From Thermoanaerobaculia bacterium (GTDB lineage: Bacteria; Acidobacteriota; Thermoanaerobaculia; Multivoradales; JAIOJS01), in assembly GCA_963846495.1 (NCBI GenBank), contig CAWJWP010000015.1, positions 34,959 to 98,958 on the forward strand: a stretch of DNA of 64,000 nt. The letters are read 5' to 3'. Below, one piece after another: positions 29,900 to 50,660 of the stretch. Position 1 is the first letter of the stretch. Each line of letters opens with the position of its first letter. Under the pieces are notes generated by a model. The model worked only from the letters and a program-made list of their open reading frames with translations, ran no database searches and was not told where the DNA came from. The position numbers were made by a program, and so were the translations under genes.

Positions 29900-30502
29900 A
29901 TGCTGGTACCGATGGTGGTGGAGCAGACGAGCCGGGGCGAGCGGGCGTACGACATCTTCTCGCGCCTGCTCAAGGACAACATCATCTTCCTCGGCCGCGG
30001 CATCGACGATGACGTCGCCAACCTGGTGATCGCGCAGATGCTCTTCCTCGAGGCGGAGAACCCCGAGCGCGACATCGCCCTCTACCTCAACTCTCCCGGC
30101 GGCTCGATCAGCGCCGGCATGGCGATCTACGACACCATGCAGTACATCAAGCCCGACGTGGCGACGGTCTGCGTCGGCCAGGCGGCGTCGATGGCGGCCG
30201 TGCTGCTCGCCGGCGGCGCCAAGGGGAAGCGCTCGGTGCTGCCCAACAGCCGGGTGCTCATCCACCAGCCGCTGCTCTTCGGCCTACAGGGGCAGGCGAC
30301 GGAGATCGAGATCCACGCCCGCGAGATCCTGCGCATGCGCGAGCGGCTCGACGAGATCCTCGCCTTCCACACCGGCAAGCCGGTCGAGCAAATCCACCAC
30401 GACACCGAGCGCGACAAGATCTTCTCCGCCGACGAGTCGGTGACCTACGGTCTCGCCGACCAGGTGATGGTGCGCCGGCGCGCGCCAGGCGTGGTGACCT
30501 AG
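29900..30502 (+). CDS. clpP: ATP-dependent Clp protease proteolytic subunit
   Basis: [32 protein letters not shown]...[14 protein letters not shown]...LIHQPL has the ClpP catalytic Ser/His context. Confidence 0.9.
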   Translation: MLVPMVVEQTSRGERAYDIFSRLLKDNIIFLGRGIDDDVANLVIAQMLFLEAENPERDIALYLNSPGGSISAGMAIYDTMQYIKPDVATVCVGQAASMAAVLLAGGAKGKRSVLPNSRVLIHQPLLFGLQGQATEIEIHAREILRMRERLDEILAFHTGKPVEQIHHDTERDKIFSADESVTYGLADQVMVRRRAPGVVT

Positions 30503-30801
30503 ACGCGCCGAGCGCAGACGGCGCCGACCGCCGCTCCGTAATCGTCCGGCTGGGCGCGGTCACCATCGCCGTGCCGGCCGCCCCCGGGAATCGTCCCGCC
30601 CCGTCCGTCCTTCCTGGTAGACTGAGCCCATCTTCCCCGCTTTGGCGCGAGCGTTTCTGGACGTTTGTGGGGTAGGAATAGCGGTCGCGAGGGGGGCGGT
30701 TCTAGAACATCGAGGGCAGGCTGGCGGCCGGGGCCGCTGCAATCCCTCGCTCTGAATTGCCCCAGAACGCGACCCAGACCAAGCCAGCCTCCGGAGGGAC
30801 G

Positions 30802-32040
<1,239 letters not shown>

Positions 32041-32047
32041 CGGTTAG

Positions 32048-34492
<2,445 letters not shown>

Positions 34493-34502
34493 GACGGCCC
34501 AA

Positions 34503-34543
34503 CCCCTCACCCCCCAACCCCCCTCTCCCCTATAGGTGAGGGG
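34503..34543 (+). terminator. Possible stem-loop downstream of lon (CCCCTCACC ... GGTGAGGGG inverted repeat with a C-rich 23-nt loop)
   Basis: 9-bp perfect inverted repeat 11 nt after the lon stop. No T-tract, so only a tentative terminator. Confidence 0.25.
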
Positions 34544-34680
34544 GGGCCCAGATACGCGAGCGTCGCCTCACTCACCGATTTGACTCTTTGCTCTCTCTGA
34601 TCGCATACTGAATCTCTCGGCACACTGGTAATCTTCGGGAGCTTCAGCTGCTCCCAGCCATTCCTTAGGCACAAGTCGGT

Positions 34681-35350
34681 TTGTTGAAACGGGGCTTCCG
34701 GCGGCCGCCCCCGGCGGCCGGTGGGGTCACGACCACGGTGGAGAACATCCGGACCGCCGAGTACGTCCACTCGGCACACTCGGCACGAGAGCTGCTTGAC
34801 GATGGTCGCCCCCAGGTGGCCTTCGTCGGCCGCTCCAACGTCGGCAAGTCGAGCCTGCTCAACGCGCTGTTGCGGCGGAAGGGTCTGGCGAGGACGAGCT
34901 CGACGCCGGGGCGCACGCAGACCATCAACTACTTCCTGATCAACGACAGTCTCTGGTTCGTCGACCTTCCGGGTTACGGATACGCCAAGACCAGCAAGGA
35001 CAAACGCCAAGCCTGGGCCAAGACCGTGGAGCAATATTTCGAACGCGCGCTGCCGGCGGCCACCGCCGTGCTGCTCGTCGACGCCAAGGTGGGCGGTACG
35101 CCGCTCGACGCCGCGGCGTGGGAGTACTTCATTGCCCGCGGCGCCGAGCCGGTGGTGGTGGCGACCAAGGTCGACAAGGTGCCGCGCAGCAAGCGGCACC
35201 AGCAGCGCGCGGCGCTGCGCGAGCGCGTCGGGCTGCCCACCGGCTATCCGGTCGCCGAAGTCTCGGCGACGACCGGCGAGGGCCTTCGAGAGCTGATGAA
35301 AGAGATCACCGCCCGCCTGCAGGCACCGCTTGCGAGGAGTGAACGAGATC

Positions 35351-35358
<8 letters not shown>
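34681..35358 (+). CDS. engB: Ribosome biogenesis GTP-binding protein YihA/EngB (YsxC)
   Basis: [18 protein letters not shown]...DLPGYGYAK...ATKVDK are the EngB G-motifs. Start position uncertain. Confidence 0.8.
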
Positions 35359-37075
<1,717 letters not shown>

Positions 37076-37117
37076 GCGGCGCTAGACAGGCCGCGAGCGC
37101 GTGCAACGTGAAAAGCA

Positions 37118-37144
37118 AACGGGCGGGGAACTTCCCCGCCCGTT
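37118..37144. terminator. Bidirectional intrinsic terminator hairpin between convergent rho and the TonB-dependent receptor gene
   Basis: AACGGGCGGGG-aactt-CCCCGCCCGTT perfect 11-bp stem, followed by GCGTTT on the plus strand and by TTGCTTTTC on the minus strand. Confidence 0.6.
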
Positions 37145-37172
37145 GCGTTTGGAGCCCGCGGAGGCCGCGGAG

Positions 37173-40097
37173 CTAGAAGAGGAGCTTCACGCCGAGCTGG
37201 ATGATGCGCGGGTCGCCGGCGCCGGAGCGAACGGTGCCGTCGAAGTTGAAGGCGAGCTCGGTGGTCTGCGGGCGCAGGAAGTTCGGCTCGTCGAAGACGT
37301 TGAAGACTTCGAAGATCGGCTGGATCGTTAGGCCGCTCCAGGCGAAATCGCGCGACACCCGCAGGTCGAGCGAGGAGTACTTGTTGTCCTTGCGTCCGAG
37401 GTTGCGCCGCGTCACCGTGCCGTCGGGGTTGATGCGCGCCGCCGGGCTCGTCGCGTCGGCGCCGCTCCTGGTGATCGACTTCGGCTGCGGCGAGCGGTAG
37501 GCGTAGCGCAGGTTGAGGTCGATGGCGGCAGGCAGCGTGAAGAGCGCCCAGGCGTTGACGCGGTGGCGCTGGTCGCGGTCGGAGTAGCTGAACTCGCGGT
37601 CGAGCTGGGTGATGTCGGCGTAGCGGAAGCTGAACGGGTCGCGCTCGTTGTCGTCGTCGGACTCGTCCTTGGACCAGGTGTAGTAGAGCTGGTAGGCGTG
37701 GTTCTTCGACATCCGCTTGTCGAGGCCGACGGTGACGCCGCGGTAGCGGCTCTTCGCCGTCGACTCGACGGTGGTGAGGGTGGTGAGGCCGTTGGCGCCA
37801 CCCGGCGGCAGGCCGCTCGACCACGGGCTGCCCAGGCGCGGGTCGTTGCGGTTGGTGAAGCGGGTGATGAAGTCGGTCTTGGCGTAGTTGAGCTTGATCA
37901 GGCCGGCCAGCTCGGGCATCACCTCGCGCTCGTAGGAGAAGCTGAACGCGGTCGTGCGCGGCGTCCGCCAGTCCTTGTCGTAGACGAAGACGTCGGGGAA
38001 GAACACCGGCCCGCCCGGCAGCAGCTGGGTGTAGGGCGGCGGCGGTCCAAGGATGCCCGCCAAGTCGGTGTTGCGGAACAGGGTCTGGCCGAGGCTGCCG
38101 TTGGTGGAGCGGCTGGACGCGAGGTTGAGGGCGGGCAGGCGAGCGTGGAAGATCCCCGCGGTGGCGCGGACCACCGACTTGCCCGCCGCATCCGGCACCC
38201 AGGAGATCCCGAGCCGGGGCTGCCACATGGACTTGTCGTCGGGGATGTCGCCGTCGGAGGGGAACTCCTGGCCGTTGCGGGTCTGGCCGATGAAGTCGGC
38301 GAAGAACACCTCGTTCGGCGGCGTGCGCACCGAAGGGTTGTCGAGCGCCTCCCAGCGCAGCCCGTAGTCGATGGTGAGGTTGGGCCGCGCCTTCCACTGG
38401 TCCTGCACGTAGATGGCGGGCTCCTTCTGGGTGATGTCCTGAGTGCCCGCTTCCTCCACCGACGTGCTGCCGACCCCCGCCTGCTGCAGGTAGAGGAGGA
38501 CGACGCCCTGCTGGCCGCCGCTGTTGTAGTAGTTGATGAAGTCGTTGGTGGTGAGGAAGACGAAGCGGCCGTTGGCGAAGCCGATGAAGGTCTGCGACGA
38601 GGTGACCTCGTTGTACTCGACGCCGGCCTTGAAGGAGTGGTTGCCGCGCAGGTAGGAGAGGTTCTCGGTCAGCTGCTTCCTGTCGTCGTCGTACTCGACG
38701 GGGAGGAAGAACGGCATTCCCCAGCGCGCGCCGTTGGGTGTGAAGTCGTTGTTGAAGAGGATCGCGGTGTCGGGGAAGGGCCGGTTCTGCCCCGGGATGT
38801 TCGGCCCCTCGTAGGGGCGCGGCCGCCACTCCTTGGCGTATTGCGCGCGCACCTCGTTGAGCAGGTTGCTCGACAGCGTGCTGATCAGCGTGAAGGTGCC
38901 GGCGTGCGAGTAGTCCTGCTCGACGCCGTTGGCCGAGCGCCCCCACTGGTCGACGTCGAAGGTGCCGTTGATCTGCTCGGAGTTGGTGTAGCTGTAGCGG
39001 AAGGTCGCCAGGTTGTTCGACGAGGCCTGCCAGTCGAGCTTGGCGAGCGCCACCTCGGCGTCGTCGGTGCGCTCGATGGAGCCGTTCTCGTTGGGCAGCC
39101 CGATCGAGGCGAGGAAGGCGACCAGCTGCGGGTCCATGCGGTTGGGGTTGGTCTGCTTCTCGCGGCTGCTGCGCTGCGCGTCGGCGGCGAGGAAGTAGAA
39201 GAGCTTGTCCTGCTTGAGCGGGCCGCCGAGGGTGAAGCCGGCCTGCTTGCGGTCGAAGCTGCCTTCTTCGGCGCTCGACCCGTCGGGGTTCTTCGGCGTC
39301 TGCGACAGGCTGTCGTTGGTGAAGAAGCCGTGCACGCTGCCGCGGAGCTGGTTGGTGCCCGACTTGGTGATGACGTTGACGAAGCCGCCGGCGGAGCGCC
39401 CGAACTCCGCCTGCGCGCCGTCGGCGACGACCACCACCTCCTGCACCGCCTCGAGATTGAAGGTGAAGGGCGGACGCTGGCCGCCGCGCTGTTCGCCGAA
39501 GAAGGGGTTGTTGAAGTCGGCGCCGTCGACCGAGATGTTGTTGGCGATGCCCTTCTGGCCGTTGATCGACAGCTCGTCGCCGTCGGGGCCCTGCACGATG
39601 GTGACGCCGGGCGTGAGCTTGACGAAGTCGAGGAAGTTGCGGCCGTTGTTGGGCAGCCCCTCGACGGCTTCGCTGTCGATGCGCACGGCGCCCTCGGTGC
39701 GGGAGACCTCGATCACCGGCGCCTCGCCGGTGACGGTGATCGACTCGCTGACCGTCGGCGGCTGCAGCGCGAGGTCGAGGTCGAGGGTCTGGCCGACGCG
39801 CAGCTCGAGGCCGTCGCGCACCAGGTTGGAGTACCCCTCGGCGGCGACGGTGATCCGGTAGGGACCGAGCGGCAGCAGCACGGCGCGGTAGCGGCCGGCG
39901 GAGTCGGTCGCCACCGTCTTCTCGAAGTTGGTCGCTGTGTTGGTGAGCACCACGACCGCCCCTTCGACCGGGTTACCCTCGGCAGTGACCCGGCCCTGGA
40001 TGACGCCGGTGGTGGCCTGCGACTGCGCGTGGACGCCGGCGGCAACGGCCAGCAGCAGGACGAGCGCGACAAGGCCCGCACGGGAAGCTCTCGCCAT
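37173..40097 (-). CDS. TonB-dependent outer-membrane receptor with an N-terminal carboxypeptidase-regulatory-like domain (Oar-like), about 975 aa
   Basis: Signal peptide MARASRAGLVALVLLLAVAAGVHAQ. CarboxypepD_reg domain (GVIQGRVTAEGNPVEGAVVVLTNTATNFEKTVATDSAGRYR). Plug domain. 22-strand barrel region ending in the OMP C-terminal Phe (...IIQLGVKLLF). Confidence 0.8.
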   Translation of the reverse strand: MARASRAGLVALVLLLAVAAGVHAQSQATTGVIQGRVTAEGNPVEGAVVVLTNTATNFEKTVATDSAGRYRAVLLPLGPYRITVAAEGYSNLVRDGLELRVGQTLDLDLALQPPTVSESITVTGEAPVIEVSRTEGAVRIDSEAVEGLPNNGRNFLDFVKLTPGVTIVQGPDGDELSINGQKGIANNISVDGADFNNPFFGEQRGGQRPPFTFNLEAVQEVVVVADGAQAEFGRSAGGFVNVITKSGTNQLRGSVHGFFTNDSLSQTPKNPDGSSAEEGSFDRKQAGFTLGGPLKQDKLFYFLAADAQRSSREKQTNPNRMDPQLVAFLASIGLPNENGSIERTDDAEVALAKLDWQASSNNLATFRYSYTNSEQINGTFDVDQWGRSANGVEQDYSHAGTFTLISTLSSNLLNEVRAQYAKEWRPRPYEGPNIPGQNRPFPDTAILFNNDFTPNGARWGMPFFLPVEYDDDRKQLTENLSYLRGNHSFKAGVEYNEVTSSQTFIGFANGRFVFLTTNDFINYYNSGGQQGVVLLYLQQAGVGSTSVEEAGTQDITQKEPAIYVQDQWKARPNLTIDYGLRWEALDNPSVRTPPNEVFFADFIGQTRNGQEFPSDGDIPDDKSMWQPRLGISWVPDAAGKSVVRATAGIFHARLPALNLASSRSTNGSLGQTLFRNTDLAGILGPPPPYTQLLPGGPVFFPDVFVYDKDWRTPRTTAFSFSYEREVMPELAGLIKLNYAKTDFITRFTNRNDPRLGSPWSSGLPPGGANGLTTLTTVESTAKSRYRGVTVGLDKRMSKNHAYQLYYTWSKDESDDDNERDPFSFRYADITQLDREFSYSDRDQRHRVNAWALFTLPAAIDLNLRYAYRSPQPKSITRSGADATSPAARINPDGTVTRRNLGRKDNKYSSLDLRVSRDFAWSGLTIQPIFEVFNVFDEPNFLRPQTTELAFNFDGTVRSGAGDPRIIQLGVKLLF

Positions 40098-40333
40098 GAA
40101 GATCTCTCCTCTCTCTCGCACGAAACTGGGTTTGCCATCCCACTCTATGCCAGCGGCATCGGCGAGGGTCAATCGCGGTCGGCAGCGGCGGCGAGCGTGA
40201 CGCGGGCGGACGCGCGAACGAGGCGGCATCGCCGGCAGGAAAGGTCGGCGCTCTACGGGTTTCCCCGGATGGACGCCGCACGCCTGCGTCCGTATCCTTC
40301 GTCAATGCAGTCCTTTCCTCGCGGGGACTGTGG

Positions 40334-40924
40334 GTGAGCGTTCCCGCGATCCTGGTAGTCGACAGCGACCCGATTCCCGGGGCGGTCGAGCTTGCTGCTG
40401 CGCGGCGGCCCGACGTGGTGATCGTGGACTTGACGGCGTCGGGCCACGGCGGCGTCGAGCTCATCCGCCAGCTGCACGCGCGCAAGCTGCCGGTGCGCAT
40501 CCTCGTGCTGTCGAACGCGGTCGACGATGCGAGCGTCGGCGAGGCGCTGGCGGCGGGCGCCGACGGTTGCGTGCGTCGGGATGCCAACGCCGAGGAGCTC
40601 GTCCACGCCATCCGCGAGGTGGCCGCCGGCCGCCGTTACTTGAGCCCGCCGCGTTCGGAGGAGCGGCTGGCGCAACACCGGCAGCATGCTGCCCCGTCCG
40701 GCCCCGACCTCTACGCGAGCTTGACCGAGCGCGAGCGGCAGGTGCTCCACCTCGCCGCCGAGGGGCTACGTAACCGCGAGATCGCCGAGCGCCTCGGCAT
40801 CAGCCCGCGCACGGCCGAGAGCCACCGCGCGCACCTGATGGCGAAGCTCAAGCTGCGGCGCGAAGCCGAGCTCGTGCGCTACGCGCTCCGCCGCGGGCTC
40901 GTGCCGCTCGATCCGACGCCGTAG
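40334..40924 (+). CDS. LuxR/FixJ (NarL)-family response regulator (receiver + HTH)
   Basis: Receiver domain ILVVDSD...VVIVDL...LVLS, then the LuxR HTH LTERERQVLHLAAEGLRNREIAERLGISPRTAESHRAHLMAKL. GTG start. Confidence 0.75.
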   Translation: MSVPAILVVDSDPIPGAVELAAARRPDVVIVDLTASGHGGVELIRQLHARKLPVRILVLSNAVDDASVGEALAAGADGCVRRDANAEELVHAIREVAAGRRYLSPPRSEERLAQHRQHAAPSGPDLYASLTERERQVLHLAAEGLRNREIAERLGISPRTAESHRAHLMAKLKLRREAELVRYALRRGLVPLDPTP

Positions 40925-41043
40925 GCGACGTTTCGTCCGGGTACGCGCGGGTCGAGCGCGGCTACGGTCGTTGTCGGTTGGACAGCCGCTCGCCGCGCTA
41001 CGTAACCTAAGGGCGAACCGCGCCACGTCGAGGGGAACCGCCG

Positions 41044-44000
41044 ATGCCGCCCACTGCGATCCGCAACGTTGCCGTGCGCCGTTTTCTGATCGGTCTCGCG
41101 CTCGTCGCCGGCGGCGCCGCGGGCGCCGCGGCGGCGCCGATCGCCGTGCACGGCCGCGTCGAAGGCGAAGGCGGCGGCGCGGTGCGCGACGCGGTGGTGC
41201 GGCTCTATCCGATGATCGGCATGCGCGGTGCTGGCGAGCTGCAGCTCGCGGGCACCTTCCCGCCGCCGCACAAGGTCGAGGTGAAGGTGGACGCCGAGGG
41301 CGCTTTCCGCCTCGAGGCGCCCGGCCCCGGCGTCTGGCGACTGGTGGCCAGTGCGCCCGGCCGCGCGCCGCTCGAGACGGTGTTACAGCCGCTGGTGGAG
41401 GAGACGTGGTTGCCCACCGCGGCGCTGCCCGCCGACGCGCCGATCGAGGTCACCGTCGTCGACGCGGCGGGCAAGCCTGCGGTGGGGGCCACCGTCGCCG
41501 CCTATGCCGCGGCGAGCGGCCGGTTGTTCGACGATTGGTACCCCACGACAACGAGGCTGCTCACCGATGCGCAGGGGCGCGCGACCGTTCATCGTTCGGC
41601 GAAGTCGCGCCTCGACCTCTCCGTCGCCGCGGCTCGCTACGTCGTCGCTGAGCGCAAAGGCCTCGCCGGCGGCAACGTTCGCATCGCGCTCGAGAAGGGG
41701 ACGGCGCGCGAGCTGCTCGTCGTCGGCGCTGACGGCCGGCCGGCCGCCGGGGCCTTGGTCATGGCGATACCGGCCTTCGCGCCGCTCGTCACCAGCGACG
41801 CCGCCGGGCGCGTCGCGGTGACGACCGTGCCGGGCCGCCCGCTGTCGCTCGTCGTCGAGGATGCCAAGGGCGGCAACGCCACGCTCACCGTCGAGCCGCC
41901 GCCGAAGGGCGAGACGCCGCGGCCCGTGCGCGTGCAGCTCTCGCGCTCGCTGTCGATGACCGGCCGCGTGATCGACCGCGAGAGCCGCCAGCCGCTCGCC
42001 GGTGCGGTCGTGTGGGCCTTCGGCAGGCCGGAGTCGTGGGCGGTGACCGACGGCGGCGGCGGCTACACCGTCGAGCGGTTTCCCGCAAAGGGCGGCGAAC
42101 GCGGCGTCTACGGCGCCGCCGCGGCGCATCGGCCCGGTTTCGTCGACGTCAAAGGGAGCCTCACCAGCGGCCGCGCGCCGACGATGGCGCTGCCGCCCGC
42201 GGCGGCGATCACGGGCAGCGTCGTCGATGCACGCGGCCGCGCGCTCGCCGGCGTCGCCGTCAGCACCGTGCCTGCCATCGGCTTCGGCGGACGGGTGCGT
42301 TTCACCCGCGGGATGTCGGTGGGCCGCCAGGGCGTCGACACGCGCACCGACGCGCGCGGCGCCTATCGCTTGTCGCCGCTCGACACCGACCACGCGTACG
42401 AGGTGACGTTCCGCAAGCCCGGCTTCGCCACCCTCACCAAGACGGTGCCGCCGGCGACGCGCGACCGCCTCGCCGAGCTGCACGTGACGCTGCTGGCCGG
42501 CTCGCGCGGCGTCGGCCGCGTCGTCACCGGTCAGGGCGCGCCGATCGCGGGCGCCAAGGTCACGCTCGAGCGCCAGGAAGAGCGCGGTGGGCCGATGGGC
42601 AGGGTTCGCCGGTTCGGCGTGCGTCAGGAAAAGCCGCCGGAGGCGGCGACGGACGAGAAGGGGAAGTTCGCCATCGCCGACCTGTCCGCCGGCCGCTTCA
42701 CGCTGCGCGCCGAGGCATCGGGCTATGCCGCGACCACCGTGCCCGGTATCGAGGTGCCGGCGGGCGCCGGCGAGGTCGACCTCGGCACCGTCAAGCTGGC
42801 GCCCGGCGCCACCGTCGAGGGACGCGTCGTCGGTCCGAAGGGCGAGCCGCTCGAGGGAGCCGAGGTGTTCGTGCTCGACGGCATGAGCTCGATGATGCCG
42901 CAGGTGCGCTGGGCGCTCGGTGGCCTCGACGTGCAGGCGACGAGCGCCGCCGACGGTTTCTTCAGTGTCGGCGGCCGCGCCGCCGGCGAGAAGGTCGACC
43001 TCGCGGTGCGGCGCAGCGGCTACACCGTCGAGCGCGCGGCGGGCGTCGTCGCGCCCACCGCCGAGCCGGTGGTGGTGACCCTGCAGCCAGCCTCGTCCGT
43101 GCGTGGCCGCGTCGTCGACGACCAGGGCGAACCCATCGCGCAGGCGTCGGTGCAGCTCAACGTCGAGCGCGCCGGCGGCGGCTTCGCCTTCGCGATGATG
43201 GCCGGCAACGGGCGCAGCGGCGACGACGGCCGCTTCACCATCGAGGACGTCGAGCCGGGCACGGTGCGCGTCGTCGCCGACGCGCCGGGCTACCTGACGC
43301 TCGAGCGTGGCGGTGTCGAGGTGCCTGCCGGCAAGGACGTCGAGGGCCTCGAGCTGGTGCTGCGCGCCGGCGCTTTCGTCGAGGGGACCGTCAGCACGCC
43401 CGATGGCTCGCCGGCGATCGGCGCCGCCGTCCAGCTCGTGGACGAGGGCGGCACCGGACCGATGACGATGCGGATGCCCACCCTCACCGAGACCGACGGC
43501 GACGGCCGTTACCGCCTCGACGGCGTGCCCACCGGCCGGCAGACCATCCAGGCCGAGCACCAGGGCTTCGACCGCGGCGTCGGCGAGCTCGAGGTGCGCG
43601 CCGGCGAGAACCACCTCGACCTGCGGCTGGGCGGCGGGCAGGAGGTGAGCGGCCGCGTCGTCGGTCCGCTCGGCCAGCCGGTGGGCGGCGCCACGGTGAG
43701 CCTCGCGCCGCCGGGCGAGTTCTGGCGCGGCGACCGCTCGGCGACGAGCGACAGCGCGGGCGCCTTCAACATCCCAGGCGTCTCCGACGGCACCTACGAG
43801 CTGAAGGCGACCCATCTCGATTACGGCGACGGCAAGGCCGCGGCGCCGATTGCGGTGGCGGGCGCGCCGGTCGCCGGCCTCACCGTCGAGCTGCCGGCGG
43901 GCGCTACCGTCTCCGGCGCGCTACGCGGGCTCTCGCTCGCCGAGCTGTCGCGCACCGGCGTCACCGCGTTCCAGGAGGGCGGCGGCTGGAAGCAGGGGAC

Positions 44001-45186
44001 GGTCAGCTACGACGGCCGCTACCGCATCGCCGGCCTGGCGCCGGGCGAGTGGACGATCGCGGCGCGGCTCGACGCCGGCGGCAAGCAGGCGCGCGGCCGC
44101 ATCACGCTCGCGGCCGGCGCCGCCGAGGAGACGCTCGACCTCGACTTCGAGGGCGGCGTCGCGTTGAGCGGCCAGGTGCGCGAGAACGGCCGCGGCGTCG
44201 ACGGCGCCGTCGTGATGGTGCGCGGCAACGACGTCGCCGGCGGCGGCACCGCGCGCACCGACTACTCGGGCCGCTACCGCCTCGAGAACTTGAAGCGCGG
44301 CAGCTATCGCGTCGAGGCGTTCGCGCCGAAGAGCGGACTGCGCGACAACGGGACCGTGACGCTCGACGACGCCGACGGCGAGCTCGACTTCGACCTGCGC
44401 GCGACGCGCATCGTCGGCCGCGTCCTCGAGGCGGGCACCGGCGATCCGATCGCGGGCGCGCAGGTGCGGGCACAGCCCGTCGATCCCGGGCCGGCGGAGT
44501 TCATGCCGTTCGACGCGCCGGTCACGACCGACGACAGCGGCCGCTTCGTCCTCGGCACCGCCGCCGACGGCTCCTGGCGCATCGGCGCCGAGAAGAGCGG
44601 CTACGCGCGCGCCGAGACGACGGTCACCGCAACCGGCGAGCCGATCGAGAACCTCGAGATCCGCCTGCAGCCGACGCAGGGCATCACGTTGCAGGTCTCG
44701 CGCGCGACCGGCGCGGCGCCGGCGCAGGTGATGGTGTCGGTGCTCCAGGGCAACACGCACCTCTCCACTGGCCAATACACGACCGGCGAGAACGGCCGCG
44801 TTCGGCTCTCGACTGTGCCGCCGGGGACGTGGCAGCTCCTGGTGCGCGGCGACGACACGAGCACCGAGCGCGTCGTCGCCACCTCGCCCGGCCCGCCGGT
44901 GAGCGTCATGCTGATGCCGCAGGCGACGTTGAACGTGGTCGTACCGGAGCTCGTCGGCGAAGCGGTCGTCGCGACCGTCACCCTCACCGGCGGCGACGGG
45001 CAACCGTTCGCGTTCCCCGCCTGGCGGTCGGTGGAGGACGACGTCCCGCTGTCTTATGGCCGCACCACCATCCGCTACCTGCCCGCCGGCAGCTGGACGG
45101 TGCGCGCCACGACGCGCGACGGCCGCCGCTGGGAGGGCACGGTGGTCACGGTGCCCGGCGCGACGACGACGGTCGAGCTGCGTTAG
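41044..45186 (+). CDS. Very large secreted protein (1380 aa) composed of about 14 tandem carboxypeptidase-regulatory-like (CarboxypepD_reg / transthyretin-like beta-sandwich) repeats
   Basis: Signal peptide [32 protein letters not shown] recurring unit of about 80-90 aa: G(R/T)VV..x..G.P..GAxVxL...........TDxxGR(F/Y).(I/L).(L/V).PG.Y.(L/V)...(G/S)Y. Intact, with no frameshift over 4.1 kb. Confidence 0.8.
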   Translation: MPPTAIRNVAVRRFLIGLALVAGGAAGAAAAPIAVHGRVEGEGGGAVRDAVVRLYPMIGMRGAGELQLAGTFPPPHKVEVKVDAEGAFRLEAPGPGVWRLVASAPGRAPLETVLQPLVEETWLPTAALPADAPIEVTVVDAAGKPAVGATVAAYAAASGRLFDDWYPTTTRLLTDAQGRATVHRSAKSRLDLSVAAARYVVAERKGLAGGNVRIALEKGTARELLVVGADGRPAAGALVMAIPAFAPLVTSDAAGRVAVTTVPGRPLSLVVEDAKGGNATLTVEPPPKGETPRPVRVQLSRSLSMTGRVIDRESRQPLAGAVVWAFGRPESWAVTDGGGGYTVERFPAKGGERGVYGAAAAHRPGFVDVKGSLTSGRAPTMALPPAAAITGSVVDARGRALAGVAVSTVPAIGFGGRVRFTRGMSVGRQGVDTRTDARGAYRLSPLDTDHAYEVTFRKPGFATLTKTVPPATRDRLAELHVTLLAGSRGVGRVVTGQGAPIAGAKVTLERQEERGGPMGRVRRFGVRQEKPPEAATDEKGKFAIADLSAGRFTLRAEASGYAATTVPGIEVPAGAGEVDLGTVKLAPGATVEGRVVGPKGEPLEGAEVFVLDGMSSMMPQVRWALGGLDVQATSAADGFFSVGGRAAGEKVDLAVRRSGYTVERAAGVVAPTAEPVVVTLQPASSVRGRVVDDQGEPIAQASVQLNVERAGGGFAFAMMAGNGRSGDDGRFTIEDVEPGTVRVVADAPGYLTLERGGVEVPAGKDVEGLELVLRAGAFVEGTVSTPDGSPAIGAAVQLVDEGGTGPMTMRMPTLTETDGDGRYRLDGVPTGRQTIQAEHQGFDRGVGELEVRAGENHLDLRLGGGQEVSGRVVGPLGQPVGGATVSLAPPGEFWRGDRSATSDSAGAFNIPGVSDGTYELKATHLDYGDGKAAAPIAVAGAPVAGLTVELPAGATVSGALRGLSLAELSRTGVTAFQEGGGWKQGTVSYDGRYRIAGLAPGEWTIAARLDAGGKQARGRITLAAGAAEETLDLDFEGGVALSGQVRENGRGVDGAVVMVRGNDVAGGGTARTDYSGRYRLENLKRGSYRVEAFAPKSGLRDNGTVTLDDADGELDFDLRATRIVGRVLEAGTGDPIAGAQVRAQPVDPGPAEFMPFDAPVTTDDSGRFVLGTAADGSWRIGAEKSGYARAETTVTATGEPIENLEIRLQPTQGITLQVSRATGAAPAQVMVSVLQGNTHLSTGQYTTGENGRVRLSTVPPGTWQLLVRGDDTSTERVVATSPGPPVSVMLMPQATLNVVVPELVGEAVVATVTLTGGDGQPFAFPAWRSVEDDVPLSYGRTTIRYLPAGSWTVRATTRDGRRWEGTVVTVPGATTTVELR

Positions 45187-45285
45187 CGGTCCTTTGCGCG
45201 CTCTCTCGTGGCGGCGCGGAATTGGCGCCGCGACGGCGCGTACTGGTGCCGAGACGGGCTGGCGCTAGAATCCCCGTCCACTACG

Positions 45286-45999
45286 ATGAGCGAGAAAAAA
45301 AGCGGCTGGGGAAGCACCGTGCTGGGTTGGTTCGTCGTCCGTCCCGAGGACGAAGCGGGCGGCGGCGTCGCCGACGAGGCTCTCATCGCCGCTGCGGCGG
45401 CCGATCCCGCGAGCGCGTCGACGGCCGCGTACGGCGCCGACCAGCCGGTGGTGCCGCTCCACGACCCGCCGCCGGCGCCCGGCGGTCAGGTCGACTTCCC
45501 CGCCGTCTACACCGCGGCGGGCGTCGAGGCCGAGCAGCAGGAGCGGGTGGAGAAGGCGGCGGGGCTGCTGCGCTCGCTGCCCGCCGAGACCGACCCGGTG
45601 GTCAAGAAGCAGATCGTCGAGGCCTCGCTCAAGGCCTTCGGCGTTCCCATCGACCAGATCATCGAGGCCGGGGTCGAGGAGATCCAAGCCCTCGAGTCGT
45701 ACATCCGCTCGGGCGGCGCCGATACGCAGACGCTGCTCGCCGAGTCCTCGGCCCGCATCGCCCAGTTCGAGGAAGAGATCGCCCGCATCCGGCAGGTGAT
45801 GGACGAGCGGGTGCACGAGCAGCAGGCGGTCGTGCGGGCGTGCAACGAGAAGAAGCTCGACGTGCAGCGCGTCCTCGAGTTCTTCGGACAGGAAGCGGTG
45901 GCGCGCGTGGTGCGCGACTCGCCGAAGCTGATCGACCCGACGCAGGCGCAAGGCGCATCGAACCAGAGCGCCGAGCTGACGCTTACCACCAGGAGCTGA
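45286..45999 (+). CDS. Hypothetical protein (237 aa), immediately upstream of and possibly co-transcribed with pspA
   Basis: [23 protein letters not shown]..., with an Ala/Pro-rich linker and a C-terminal helical region ([44 protein letters not shown]). The stop sits 3 nt before the pspA ATG. Confidence 0.55.
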   Translation: MSEKKSGWGSTVLGWFVVRPEDEAGGGVADEALIAAAAADPASASTAAYGADQPVVPLHDPPPAPGGQVDFPAVYTAAGVEAEQQERVEKAAGLLRSLPAETDPVVKKQIVEASLKAFGVPIDQIIEAGVEEIQALESYIRSGGADTQTLLAESSARIAQFEEEIARIRQVMDERVHEQQAVVRACNEKKLDVQRVLEFFGQEAVARVVRDSPKLIDPTQAQGASNQSAELTLTTRS

Positions 46000-46001
46000 C
46001 G

Positions 46002-46712
<711 letters not shown>

Positions 46713-46724
46713 ACAACCGCGGAC

Positions 46725-46792
46725 GGTGCGCAGAGCGCACCCTACGACGTAGGGCGCCTGCGCACTGAGCCGTAGGGTGGGCTCTGCCCACC
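46725..46792. repeat. REP-like cluster of three palindromic units (consensus about GTAGGG-YG-SGCTCTGCSCAC, in alternating orientation)
   Basis: GGTGCGCAGAGCGCACCCTAC (46725-46745), GTAGGGCGCCTGCGCAC (46749-46765) and GTAGGGTGGGCTCTGCCCACC (46772-46792). The same unit recurs at 54290-54401. Confidence 0.6.
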
Positions 46793-46807
46793 GAGGGAGA
46801 GAAAGCC

Positions 46808-50390
<3,583 letters not shown>

Positions 50391-50660
50391 TAGAAAGCGA
50401 TCGCATTCGGGGGAATCGTGCTACACCCGCGATTCGTGACCGCTCGCGACAAAATGCTTGACACCGTTTTTCGTGCAACGCGCACGGGAATCTGAGGTCG
50501 GATGAAAGTTTGTCCGCCGGGTGCTCCAGCGGGCCTCAGACGAGGCGTTCTCCTGCAGTGGCAGCCGCAGAGGCTCGAGCCGTATCGATCGTGCCTCAGA
50601 GGGCTCACCAGAGCCTCGAAAGACTCAGGCTTACGATGGGGCCGCAACCAGGAGGCCACC

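Noticed and set aside
34497-34680. Possible promoter TTGACT-N18-CATACT for engB in the lon-engB spacer
   Set aside because: Hexamers are only weak matches and the spacing is non-optimal. Left as a note rather than a feature.
37563-40337. 924-aa plus-strand ORF
   Set aside because: Antisense of the TonB-dependent receptor. The minus-strand product has a signal peptide, plug/barrel features and a C-terminal Phe, whereas this one is Gly/Val/Ala/Glu-rich without structure.
41383-43815. 810-aa minus-strand ORF and the 1394-aa plus-strand ORF 42012..46196
   Set aside because: Antisense or out-of-frame reads of the repeat-protein gene. Only the final about 64 codons of 42012..46196 are real (the PspA N-terminus), and they are captured in the pspA feature.
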